64,000 nucleotides of DNA. It comes from Phaeosaccion multiseriatum. Taxonomy: Eukaryota > Protista > Ochrophyta, other classes. Under the pieces are notes generated by a model. That model was not told the DNA's origin. It ran no database searches and saw nothing but the letters and a program-made list of their open reading frames with translations. This document shows, in pieces, positions 47,588-60,100 of this stretch. Within the stretch, counting starts at the first letter, position 1. Each line of letters begins with the position of its first letter. The DNA lies in NCBI GenBank assembly GCA_965112735.1, contig OZ218953.1, positions 186,001 through 250,000 of the forward strand, in the 5' to 3' direction. The position numbers and the translations under genes were made by a program.

Positions 47588-50585
47588 ATGGCTGAGCTGA
47601 GTGTCGCGGCAGATGGGTCGGGCGGTAGGGCTTCGAACGAGACGGGCTTCCGGCCATGGCTGATAGACACGACCCCAACGGGGGAGGAGGTGGCCAAGGC
47701 GCAGGCGCTCTTTGACCTGAGCATGAAACAAGTGGCGGAGGAGCCTAAAAACACCGAGGTACTTGCCAGAGGCATTCTCTCGCGCTCCTTCATCGGTTTG
47801 GTAGTGTTGCTCGTGCTCGTGTCTCGCGTTTGATGCTCAGCCCTTTGCATGCCCACCTGAAAACCAACGCCTCGAACGCCCTCGAATCGACCACACACAC
47901 AACAGGTGGTGCACACGCTAGCCTCCTTCTACATGGCCTCGTGCGGAGGCGCTCGATGGTGTCGACAGAATTTTTGGGGCAATCAGAAGGAGGGTGGAGC
48001 GATTGCGGCCTTGGCGATAGATCTCTTGCGCAAGCCGCAGCAGGACGGTGAGTCGAGTCGAGAGATGCCTGACGGAACAATCCTTCCTGTTTTTTGGGGG
48101 GGATTGGCGCTCATGGGCCCCTCTTTCCCCACACAACAGAGGAGAAAAAGCTTGATGCGCACTTTTGCCTGGCACACTGCGGCCTGGCGAGGATGGGGGA
48201 CGGAGACCGCCGCGAGAAGGTCGCCATTGTGCAGGAAGCGGTGAGCCACATCCAGGCCTGTTTGGCCATTCGGCCGCAGGAGCCCAAGCTTCACCTGTTT
48301 ATGGCCACCATGCTGGCTCGCTGCGGCAGCTCGGAGCAGGCGCAGCAGGAGGCCAAGAAGGCGCTGTCCCTTGCGGAGGAAGAGCACGGCAAGGTCTTGC
48401 CCTCTTCTCTGGCCTACATTCTGTGGATGCTGGGCACGATACTCATCAATAGGTCCTCGGAGGACGTGACTTTCCGCAGACGAGGCCTGGAGATGGTGGA
48501 GAGGTTTGTCAACGAGGCAGATAGTGCACACTGGATGTACCCCACCGCGGCGCACGTGCTGACCACGGGGTTGGTGCAGAGGGAGGCGTACCGGAGCCTG
48601 GTTGGGCCCGAGGATGCCGTCATGGTCTGCCGGCGCCTGCCAGGACTCGCGCAGAAGGTCATGATGACGTACAGGAAGGCTCTCGATGCAGAGGCCATTG
48701 CAATGAAGTGGATGCCAGCCGCGTGCACCAGCAACGACAGGTGGGTTTGGGTCGTGTGTGTCCCTTTGTTCCGTCGGGTTCAGGGTATTCCTCCCCTCTC
48801 ACACTCTCGCACACGCGCGCGCGTACGCACACATATCCCGCAGTAACCTGCGCAAAATGCGGGAAGAGTCACGCAGCCTGGTCAAGACTCTGATGGAGTC
48901 GCCTTTGCTCTCAAGCCTCCCCAAGGCGGCCCTCCGACTTGAGGGCGCGCAGCCTTCCCAGCAGCAGCAGCAGCAGCAGCAAGTGGTAAAGAGGAAGAGG
49001 AGGACAAAGAAGAAGGTGTGTGTGTGCGCGCGCGTGTGTGTGTCCCTACACACAAGCACTTCTCTTACAAGCGCCGGTGTTCCCGCCCCCTCCAGAAATT
49101 TGATCCCACGTGGCAGCTGACGCCAAACAACTTTAAGGGCGTCGCAGACCTCCCTCCCTCCAAACTGCACCGGCGCCCGAGGGAGGCCATCGTGCACGTA
49201 GTGTACCACAAGAGGAAGGGGACGGCCGTGTGGCCCTCTGGGGGTAGGAGCTTCGGCCATGACCCCGAGTATGAAGGAGTGCGCTACTGGCTGTGGGGCA
49301 AGTACAAGTCGTCTGACCTGGAGGGCCAGCTCAGGCCGTGGGACATTGTTGTCCTTCTTCCTGGTGCGTCGAAGGCCAATGGCTCGTCCAGACTTACTCC
49401 GCTCGCTGGATTTGGCCAACTTGCCGCCCCTCTTAAAACCTCAACCAACCAACAAAACCACCCCTCTCAGGCGAGTATCTGCTGGAGCGGCTGGGCTTAC
49501 CGGAGAAGCTGGACTTTCCTATGGAGATTATGGGTGTCAACGGCCCCAAAGAGCAAATTGTCATAACCACTCGGCCAAGCCCCAGTGACTGGGTTCTGCG
49601 GCTGGCGCCCCCGCATGGCAGCGTCACATATCGCCTGTCCAACTTCACCCTGAAGCCCTCTTGCATCACCAGAGAGGGCATCGTCTTGATCCAGCCAGGG
49701 TACACCAAGCACCTCGTGCCCCTCGAGAGCAACTGCTCCGCCGTTGTGGAGATGGACGGTGTGGACATTCATGGCCACGCCGGGTCTGGCTTTGCCGTGC
49801 GGCTCTATTCCGGGGCGCACCTGGAGGCCTCCAACTGCTTGTGGAGGAGTGTCACGGGCTCGGCGCTGGAGGTGCGGGACTTTACCTCTTGCCTCTTGCA
49901 GGACTGTGAAATGACAGAGACGGGGCTGGGGACGGACAAGAAGAAGAGGCAGCCGCCGGGCATGCCCCCCTCGCACAAGGGCCAGTGGCCGGCCGTGTCT
50001 GTGGGCCGCAGCACAAGCGTGTGCATGCGCAACTGCCACATCCATGACAACGAGGGCTTCGCTGTGCAGGTTGGTCCATCCCTCTCTCCCCCCTCTAGCT
50101 GCCTTCGATCTTGTTATGTAGCACGTTGTACTTTATACACCAACCCTCCCACTTTCTTCAAACAGTACCAGCGAGAGGAGGACTTTGCCGTGATGGTGAA
50201 TGAGGACGGCAGCCTCGTGCCGGAGCTCGTGAGCTCCCTCAAGATGGCCAGCGCGAGGACAGGCGCAGACTACGACGAGATGGTCATCAGCGTCAGGGCC
50301 AACGCGCTGAGGTCGAGGGGCCCTGGCGAGATTGACATCGCGGTGGGAGGAGAGGGGTGCTCGTCCAACACGTTGGAGAGAAACGCGTTGGACACAGACC
50401 CCATCGGAGACCTTCCCTCGCCTTTCCACGCCCTCGAGACGCCTTTGGGCAAGCTCCTCGAGGATGAGAGGGAGGAGCTGGAGAGGCAGTCCGATTTGGT
50501 CAGCCAACAGGCGCAGCAGACGCAGGATGAGCAGGAGGCGCAAGAGGACGGGGAGGGCAAGGCAGAGCAGGGCCCGACGCTGTAA
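47588..50585 (+). CDS. Hypothetical protein: TPR-like helical N-terminus and right-handed beta-helix C-terminus, multi-exon
   Basis: Helical repeats (EAVSHIQACLAIRP..EQAQQEAKKALSL), LRPWDIVVLLPG-EY and beta-strand repeats (MRNCHIHDNEGFAV). Splice sites are consistent. Confidence 0.6.
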
Positions 50586-50651
50586 TTCACTAGACTAAAT
50601 GAATTGAGGGAAAATGGACTATGAAGAGGAAGAGAATAGAGTTCAATATCA

Positions 50652-51890
50652 TTACCCCAGTTCATAGGCCTGCTCCAGAGTGGCGACTCGGAGTCCTTGC
50701 CGGGCCAGTTGCGCGAAGATGCCCTTGAGCTTGGCCCTGTCCTCCTCCGTCATGAGCATGCGAATCACCCCAAAGCACGGCACCTTGCTCAGGCCCGACA
50801 GCAGACGCTGCGCCTCCTTGGGCTCTCGCTCGGCCAGCTCCGTGTCGATGGTGCTGTACATGGCGGTGAACACCTCTGCGCTTGTCGCCTCCTTGCACAC
50901 CTTCTTCAAGGTGCTTCCCCGGAACAGCTTGAGATACTCTGCGAGCATTTGCGGGTGCGCTCTCAGGTTGCGAAAGTTACGCTCCAGCTCGTACAGCGTC
51001 TTGGGCGCTTGGGTGGGTGCGGCGGGAGTCACGCTGGGGATGGACACGGCCCGAGGCGCTGGCACGGCTGCTGCTCGTGACGCTTGCTGCTCCTTTTTCT
51101 TGTTCACGCGGGCCACGGCCTGGAGCAGCTCGCGGCGGGCCTGCTGGTTCGCAGGGTCCACGGCAAGCACCGCCTCAAAGCACCCCACCGCCTCCTCGTC
51201 CTTGTCCTCCAAGAGCGACAGGGCCCTTCCCTTGCGAAACAGCGCCTTGACGTTGGTGGGCTCCTCCCTCAGCACCAGCTCCAAGTCCGCCAAACACTCC
51301 TCAGGTCTGCCCAACTTCAAGAGCACCATGGCGCGGTTGTTGCATGCCGATGTCAGGCCGGGCCGCAGCTCTAGGCAAGCCGAGTACGCTGCGAGCGCGC
51401 CCTCCAAGTCCGCGTCGCGCACCAGTGTGTTGCCCCTCTCCTTGTGCGCCTCTGCTCGTTGCTGCACCGCATCCGAGGAGGAAGGCGCGGACGTTGCGAG
51501 CTCACCCCCCGGCCCCTCCTCCTCCTCCTCCTCCTCCTCCTCCTCCTCCTCCTCCTCCTCCTCCTCTTCGCTCATTATGGCTACACGTGTAAAGCCTTTT
51601 AATTCTTGCGGTGGTGCCTCTGGTGTTTCCTCGCTGGCGTTACCCGACAAGCTGCAGCTGCTGCTGCCCTCCGGTGTTTCCTCCTCACTGTCCTTGGCCA
51701 CCGGACTGTCCTCCTCCTCCCTGTCCGGAGCGCAATCGTGCCTCACGAGTGGTGTGTGTGGGTACCAAGGTGTGCCGGAGCCTTGCTCCATTTGCAGCTT
51801 GCTCCGCTCCAGCTCGGACACTTGAGCTGCACAGGTCACCCCCGGCCATGACCCGTTTGCTTTTCCCACCAACGTCACCTCCCACCTCGG

Positions 51891-51927
<37 letters not shown>

Positions 51928-54432
51928 TTACCTTTCTCTTGCCCCTCGCAAAGGGCCTGGGCCTTGAGCAGCTCGGCCTGCGCAGCGTTGTTGCGGGGCT
52001 CACAAGCTACGGCCTTGACGAGGTCCTCCAGCGCCAGGCCTGCCACCGCCTGCCCAGCTTCTGCCCTCCTCAACCGGGCGCAGCCCCTCCTGTACAGCGC
52101 CTTGGCATTGTCAGGCGCCAAGCAGAGGACAATAGTGGCGTCCTGCTCGGCCTTGCGCCAGTCCTGCTTCTTCAAAAACGCCTGGCAGCGATTGTTGGCC
52201 GCCGCTACGTTTCCTGGACTCCGAAGCAGAGCCTTGGTGTAACTGCAAACGGCGTCGTCCCAGCGCCCCTCCTTCATGGCTGCGTTGCCTTCCCCCTTGA
52301 GGGCCTCGCTCGCTTCCTCATCGGCCTCGTCACGTGAGAGTAGCTTCTCAAGCATTCGCTCTGCGGCGTCTGTCTGTCGCAGCTCCACGCCAGTGCTGCT
52401 ATTGCTGCCACGAGGCTCAAGGAGGATTCTCTTGAGATCGGCTATTGCCTCCACGGAACAGCCCAGCATCTGCAGCGCCTCCGCCCGCCGCATCAGCGCC
52501 TCTCCATTGAAGCCTTGCTGCAAAACCTCGGAAGTTGCTTCCACCGCCCCTACCGGCCTTGCCTGCCGCAGGTAGCACTCACCCACAGCATTCTTCAAGC
52601 TGGTCGTGTCTTGCTGCGAGAGCAAGGGCTCCTGCAGGGCAGACGAAAAGGCCGTCAGTGCGCCGGGCACGTCACCCTCTCGGAGACGGCGCTGCCCCTC
52701 CGTCTGGAAGCGCTGCCAGGTGGCCATCTCGACCGCCGTCGGCTCGGGCGCCTCTTCCGTGTCGCTGTCATCATCGCTCTCCTCCTCTACCACAATCCTT
52801 CTAAACGCCGTCGGAGGCGTAGCTGCTGCTGCTGCTTCGCTGGGCGGTGCGATCTCCCGCTCCAGCCTGCGTAACTGCCCACTGGCCACCAATCGCCTCT
52901 GGGTCCCGGCAGGTAGGGCGGGAGCACTCCTCAGAAGCGCCACTGCAGTAGCAGCAGCGCCAGCGTCAGCGCCCACGTTGGCGCCGCGTGCCCTACACGA
53001 GATCTCTTTCATTCCCGTCCGCTCCCCCTCCACCTCCTCCCACTTGGCCCTGGTCTTGGCCAGCAGCCCCTCCACGCTCTTCTGGTTGCCTCCATCTCCC
53101 GGGAGATTGAGCTGCAGCGCGTGCTCAAAGTCCGCCATGGCCTGTCTGTACCTGCCTCTCTTATGCCTCACCATACCCCTCCTCGTCCACGCCTTGACGT
53201 AGGCTGGGTCGAGGTCAATGGCTTGGGAGCAGTCGTCCTCTGCCTGTTCGAGGCGCTCCAGCTTGATGGCAGCCATGGCCCGATTGGCAAACACAACCGC
53301 CGAGGTTGAATCCAGGGCGAGACTCTTGGTGTAAAAGGCCAAGGACTCCTCTGCGTCCCCGGCCTTGTAAGACTCGTTCCCCTTCCTCTTCTCTCTCTCG
53401 GCCAGCACCTGCCTCTCCATGCCCGACAGGTCAGGCAACGCCAGCATTTCTCCCAGTTTCGCCAACTCCTCTTCCCTCCGATGGGCCCTCTTTTGCGCTT
53501 GCTGCCTCCTCTCCTGCTCCCGCTGCTGCATGGAGTTCTGCATGGTATGTACCTGTGCCTCGTCCTCCTGGTCCACCTGTGCGACCGCTCCATCAACGTC
53601 GAACTTGTCCCACGCGCGAAAGTCGTAGCCACTCAGTCGCGAAGGACCTTCGGCGGGTGCTGTCTCTTTCGGGTTATCCACACCCTTACTACCACCTCCA
53701 GCAGCAGCACTAGCAGCACTAGCAGCACTAGCAGCCATGGTTTTGCTGCTGCCATGGCCAGGGGCCGGCCTCTGACCTCTTACCGGTGGCATCGCCCTCT
53801 CCAAGCTGCCACCCTTCGTGGTACTCTTACGGGTGCTGCTGCTGCTACTACTACTGCCGATCGTAGGCACAAGGCCTGCGGGAGAGCAGCCAGAGAGCCC
53901 TGCGTCGACCTCGCAAATGCTGCTCTGCCACTGCTGCAGCTCAGTCTCTGCCTCCGCCACCTCCAGCTGCGTGGGCTCGGCCCTCATCCGCAGCACCTTG
54001 GCCCTCTCCTTGGCCGGTATCAGAGACAGCAGCTTGTCCTCTGCGTGCTTAACGAGGTGCGGGTAGAACCTGAAAAGTGCAGACACCAGAGCAGCTGTCA
54101 GAGTACGAAGTCAAAGAATGAATCTCCCCCCACACACTCCGCCCTCACCCTTCCTTTCCCGACCGCAGCTTGAAGAGAATACTCCTGAGTGTGTCAACAT
54201 CGTCACACTTATCCACGTAGCCGTAGTCGAGGCACTCCACCTCCACATCCTAGGAGCAGGGAACGAAAGGGGAGGGCAGAGGCCAAGGTGGGTGACCAAG
54301 AAGTCCTTGCCGCTGGGAGCAACCCACTGCAAGATGGGTCCATAAGCAGGCCAAAGAAGCATAGCTCCGCCCTGACTGCCCCACCTTTGTGGAGCCCGCA
54401 GATCCAAGCAAGAGGTCCCCGAGTTCAGCCAT
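50652..54432 (-). CDS. SPAG1: SPAG1/RPAP3-like TPR co-chaperone (dynein-arm assembly factor)
   Basis: SPAG1-type N-terminus LDYGYVDKCDD..LRSGKEGFYPHL, YDFRAWDKFDVD, carboxylate-clamp TPR sets (KRKGNE, KGEGNA, KERGNT) and RPAP3_C domain PKTLYELE. Confidence 0.85.
51516..51568. repeat. (CCT)n microsatellite encoding poly-Glu
   Basis: Long CCT run inside the SPAG1 exon. Confidence 0.9.
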
Positions 54433-54552
54433 GGCGCAACGCGGGTGGCAACAATATGAGGGGTGAAACGGGCGCAGCCGGCGGATCTCTCACTGACTTA
54501 CTATCATTCAGCAAAGGTGCGAATCAAGGTGCTCCGCCACTCTCCCTCTTTG

Positions 54553-55927
54553 ATGCGGCCTACCCTGCGTGCTCTGAGGGTGGTTAGCCGTAAAAGGAGC
54601 CGAGGAGGGCTTCCACGATGCACCCCTCATGATGGCGGCTGGGCCTGCTGCTGCCGCTGCTGGACAGAGTCGCGACGAGCACAGACAGGGGAGGCTCTGA
54701 AGAGGCAGGTGCTGTCTGGGGCTGGCGTCGTTCCTTCTCTGCTGCTGCTGCGGGGAGGGTCCGGATCAGAGCGCTTCGCACGAGGCCGCAGCTTCTCTGC
54801 CAGCACTGCTACGTATGGCAACAATTCAGCAGCGCTACTCCAGCAGGGGCAAGGAGAGTCTGGCTTCACGACAGGAAAGAGACAACAGGCCCCTCGTGCT
54901 GCGCTGGTGAATGGTCGGGCGATGGCTGCGGAGATCCTGCAGGAAGTGCGGCAGGAGGTCAGCCTCATGAAGCGGCAGGGGGGCATAACTCCGGGGCTTG
55001 CTGTTCTGCTCGTGGGCGACCGGCAGGACAGCCTAAAGTATGTGTCCATGAAGGACGCGGTGGCTACCAGCGCGGGGCTCGCCTCCCTCAGCGCGCACCT
55101 GCCTGCCTCCTCCACCCATGAGGATGTCCTCAACGTCATTAATGGCTTCAATCAGGACGACAGGCGAGTGGTGTGCCTTGTTGAGGGGGAGAGAGGAGAG
55201 GAGGGGGAAGGAGGGAAGTTCGGGCAGGCGCTGGCTTGATCGCCAGTGCGTACCGTGCTCCGTCTGGCCTTGGCAGGCTTGTCTGGGGAGCTCGTTGCAC
55301 TGTTGAGACTATAACATTTTCTCGCGACTTTTGGTGTGTGTTGTATGTGTGAGCAGATGCCACGGCATTCTGCTGCAGCTGCCCGTACCCGCCCATCTGG
55401 ACCCGCGCGCTTTGCTGTCCGCCATCAAGATCGAAAAGGACGTGGAGTGCTTCCACCCCATGAATTACGGCAGGCTCAGTGCATGGAGGCGGACTGTTAT
55501 ATCTCCGTGCACCCCAAGGGGGGTGATGGAGATGCTGAAGCGGCTCAAGGCGAGTGAGGGGGGGGGGGGGCAGCAGGCTTTCCCCCGCCAACCGTGTGTG
55601 TGTGTGCGCGTCCCGCTGACCTCGATGCTTGTTCCCCCCAGGTGAAGGTGAAGGGGATGCACGCCGTGGTGATGGGTGAGTCCAGCGTGGTGGGGCTGCC
55701 CATGGCCCTCATGCTCAACGCAGCCAGAGCGACCGTCACCATGGTGCACGCAGAGACGGTGGACCCGCAGAGCGTCGTCCGCCAGGTGAGAGAGGAGAGA
55801 GGAGGTATATGAAGGTTGCGCGCCCGTTCCATTCGTTTCTAAGCTGATACTGCTCTTTCCTTCCTCCGCTGCTGCAGGCCGACCTCGTCATCACCGCCGT
55901 CGGCAAGCAGGTGCGCGCACGTACACG

Positions 55928-55966
<39 letters not shown>

Positions 55967-57112
55967 TTCCTTCGGGGAGGGAGGGCAGTCCTCTGATGTA
56001 CGTGTACTGTGCTTTGCTTTCCTTGTACCTTGTCTCAGGAGCTGGTCAAGCGGGACTGGGTCAAGCCTGGAGCGGTGGTGATTGATGTTGGCATCAATTT
56101 CGTCAAAGACTCCACCCGACCAGAAGGTTTCCGAATTGTGGGAGACGTTGACCCCGGGGTGCGCGATGTGGCCAGCATAGTGAGCCCTGTGCCCGGCGGG
56201 GTGGGACCCATGACTGTGGCTATGCTCATGCGCAATTGCGTAGACCTGGCGCTGCTGCGGGACAAGTGGGCGGAGGTGTCGGATTGGGTGCACCCGGAGA
56301 GCTCGATGGAGCACTCCCGGAGGCTGCAGGGGGCCATGCTCGACTTTGCCATGTGCCAGGGAACGGACGAAGGCTCCGGCCGCGGGCCAGCAGCAGTACC
56401 AACGCGAGAAAGGCCTAGTCCGGGCGAGGCGTCGGGCGGAGACCGGCAAGAGGCTGAGGTGATCGGGGCCATGGAGCGCATCGGAAAGAGCATCGACGAA
56501 GCGGAGCTGCTCACCATCATCAACGACTCGGAGAAGAATGCGTACAATCGGTTGAGCTTTCTGGAGATGAGCACCACCCATGGCAGGATGAGCGACCCGC
56601 ACGAGCGGAGTAGCACCCTTTGCCCCTCTGCCGCAAGCTCTCCTACCAATGGCCAAGGCGGTGGCAGCCAAGGCGAGGCCCGTGGGGGGTGGGACGAGGA
56701 GCAGCGCTTGCACATGCTCGATTCGTTCCGTCGGGAGGCCTACGGGGACTTGGGCGGGGTGGGGAGGGGGAGCTTAAAGGGGCTCTCCCGCCATTGGCCA
56801 CTTGCGCTCCGGCCACTTCGGCTACTGCCACGGCTGCTGGCGCTGAGAGCTACTTGCAGGACGAGCTTTCGCAAGCAGCCGACGCGCCAGAGTGGTGGGA
56901 GGGCGAGCAGACACAAAAGGACAAGCCGCAGCGGCGCCCATCATGACATGACGCCTCTGGGTAGTCAGTTGAGGCGGAGCGCCCTCTACCGCACAAGGGA
57001 GGGGAGGAGGGGCGGTGGTGACATTAAAATAACCTGTCCGTCTCTCTATCTGTCTCTGCGCTCTAAGGGCGGCCTCTGCCCCCCCTGCGCTGCTCCACGA
57101 AGTCCTCCATGA
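54553..57112 (+). CDS. folD: Bifunctional methylenetetrahydrofolate dehydrogenase/cyclohydrolase with C-terminal extension
   Basis: [70 protein letters not shown]. Both ends are uncertain. Confidence 0.92.
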
Positions 57113-60100
57113 GCAGCGCCGCTTGCCCCGGGCTGACAGTGCCCTTCCGCCGCGCCTCTCGCAGCAGCGCCTCAAGGTGCGGCAGGAGCTTGGCCCGCAT
57201 GGTGGCGTGCTTTTCTCTCTCCAGCACGGAGGTGGGCCGCAGCATGGCTGCCCTGCTGTGATGCCTCACGCGGATCTCGCCGGGCGGTTGCTTCCACGGC
57301 TCCCCATCCACCTGTGGCCCGAGGGTATGGCGACGGCGAGAGCGATGATGTGAGAGGGTGGGGAAGGGAGATGCGGCAGCAGACAAGTCGAGAGCAGAAC
57401 ACCAGAAGTAGGCTCCCGCTCACCTGAACTGGCAGAGTGGTGCTGGTACGCAGGACCAGCTCTGTGAGTTGTCCCACGCGATTGCCCTGACTCATGCCCA
57501 CCTGTGTGCGGGGCCAGAGCACGGGGAATGGGCGGACGGGTGGGGGCAGCAGCCCTTGAGCTAAACCACAAGTGGAGAAATGAAAAAATACCCTAGGCGC
57601 CAGCCACAAACAAGCTCTTCTTCGTCTCGAGTCCCCTCTTGCCTTGCCTGGATTTGTCCGAGGTGTAGCGCGCCTTCGACGGCCACGGCCTCCAGCACGC
57701 CGTCCCCGATGGATTGTCGGACAGCGCGAGGCCGCGCGTCCCGGCTCTGGCTCTCCGTCTCTATCGGAGCCGAGCCTTGTGACGGCAGGCCTCCATCAGA
57801 GCCTCCCTCAGGCTGGCCGGCAGTGTGGGCGGCAGTGTGGCCGGCAGTCGGTTCTCTCCACGACCTCCACCTCGAGTGGACAGAGCTATTGCTGCCGCCA
57901 CCCCCGTTGCCAGAGCCCCACCACCAGCCCGACGACGCACCAGGCCGTTGGTCCACGTCACGCTGCCCGGCCACACCACTCACACCACCAGCTGCTCCCA
58001 GACCGAACTGTGCATGCACCCACCAGCGGCACCGCAGACCGCAACAACCAAACAAACATACAAAAGAGACGCAAGCAAGGGCAGCACCCGTGCCATGGAG
58101 TCAGACCCGCAGAGCCAAAGGGAGCTCACTTCAAAAAAGTCCCCGAGATGTGTAGCCAAACAGTCAAGCAAAGCAGGCCTTCCTGCATACCCGCCCTACC
58201 TCCTCTGTCCACAGCTTGGACCCCCCCGCGTAGGAGTTGATGTTGAGCACGATGAGGCTCTCTGTTGAGGGGGGTAGCGTGACGTTCCGGCCGTCGAAGT
58301 CCACCGCCATTTGGCTGGACAGGTTCTGCGAGAAGCAGAAGCGCAGGGGGGGGAAGGGGAGGGGAGGGGAGGGGAGTGCTCACGTATCGGTCGCAGCTTG
58401 GCGATGCGCCGAGTGGGCCCCAGTCTCCTCGGTTGCTCGTGAGCCTCTGAGCAGCTCGCGTTGATGCGCCTATCTATCCATGTACTAGGCTTGCCCTTGC
58501 TTACCTTGCAGGACCTCGCGAGAATGTTCCGGGCACCCAGCTGCGCGTACCACAGCTTGTTGACGAGGCGGCTGAAGAAGAGGTGCGCGTACGACTCTCG
58601 CATTTGGTGAAAGTCCAGGGCCACCTGACAGGTATACGATGAGAGGGAGAGGAAGACATTGTTTGCGAGCAAGCACCTGAGTCACTGCGTGCCCTGACCC
58701 GTGCAGCCCCCACGATGGGAGCCGAAGGACGTGCTGCACACCTGTCCGTCCACGCCGATCCCGAGGTAGTTGTTCATTATGAGCTCCCGCGAGGCTTTGC
58801 GTGAAGCTTTTGCGTCGCCCAGACCGCCCTTGGCCTTTCTCTTTGAGGGTGTGAGCGTCACCGCCCAGCGATCCAGCATCACCACCTGCTCACATGGGGG
58901 GGGGGGCAGAGAGAGGAGTAGGGCCGGACCCATGAGAGCTGTGGCTGGGGGGACGCCCCTCCCCACGGCGGCGCATTGCCTGGCCGGTGCCGCACCTGCG
59001 CCTCCTCCACCATGTTGAGCGTGTCCTCGATAGGCTCCCCCTGATAGCCCGGCCCCCAGCCCAGCACCCGCGACAGATCGTTCCCAGTGCCCAGGGGGAG
59101 AATTGCAACCGGCGGGACTTCGGCATTCTGTGTGTGATGCCCCCCTCCTGCCGTCCGCCACTTGAGACTGTCAATGGCCTGCAGAACCCACGCCACTGTC
59201 CCGTCCCCTCCGCACACGAGCACTCGGAAGTGTGGCAGGCAGGCGAAGCGGCGCAGCGCAGACACAGGGTCGTCGTGCTGCATGTCGAACACCTTTGTGA
59301 TTTGTGAGACGCCAACACAAGGACACACGACACGCGTCATTGGATTGCTGCAGGCCGGCCGGTCGGTCTGTGGTCAGGCTTACAAGGCAGTTGTGCCCGC
59401 AGAGAGCAGGAATCTTTTCGGTCAACTGCCAAGACTCAAACCTGAACCTCTGCCTGCCTGCCTGCCTGTCTGCCTGCCTGTCTGCCGAAACGGTCCGAAG
59501 AAGGCGTACCTGCAAGGGGTTAAGCAGGCTGCTGAAGCGGTGGAGGAGGCTCAGGCCCTGCGACACGACACAAGGGGCCGATGGAGGCAAACAAGTTGAG
59601 CAACGACATGGAAGTGTAAGTTGGTGACAGGGAGAGAGCTACTTCACCTGCTTCCCTCCGCTCTTGGTGTTGACAAGCACCAGAAGGGGGCTCACGCCCG
59701 GCGGAACGGCACTTGGGTCTATGCGGAAGCGAGCCTGGCGGTTACGCTTCCTCTGCGAGACGAAATGGGCGGTCCAACAAGGTTCAGTCGAGCGAGTAGT
59801 GAGCATCTTTCGCTTGTAGCGCAGTCGGGTCGAGAAGCACCCAAAGCTGCTGGCCTTAGTATGACTCACCAGTCGCGCCGGTCTCCCCATAGGGCCTGTA
59901 CTGTCCGGAGCGGCGCCTGCGTCTCTCGGGGTCTCGATGGAAAGCTCCGCCACCCTGGCCGTCCAGGACGCGTCCGGCTCTTCCTCCTTGCCCTTATCCT
60001 TCTCCTTGGCCCCCTCTTGCGGCTCAGTCTCCGCCTCGGCGGCAGTAGCAGCCTCCGATTCGGTTCGCTCCTCTCGACTCTCTATCTGCGTCTGCGGGAG

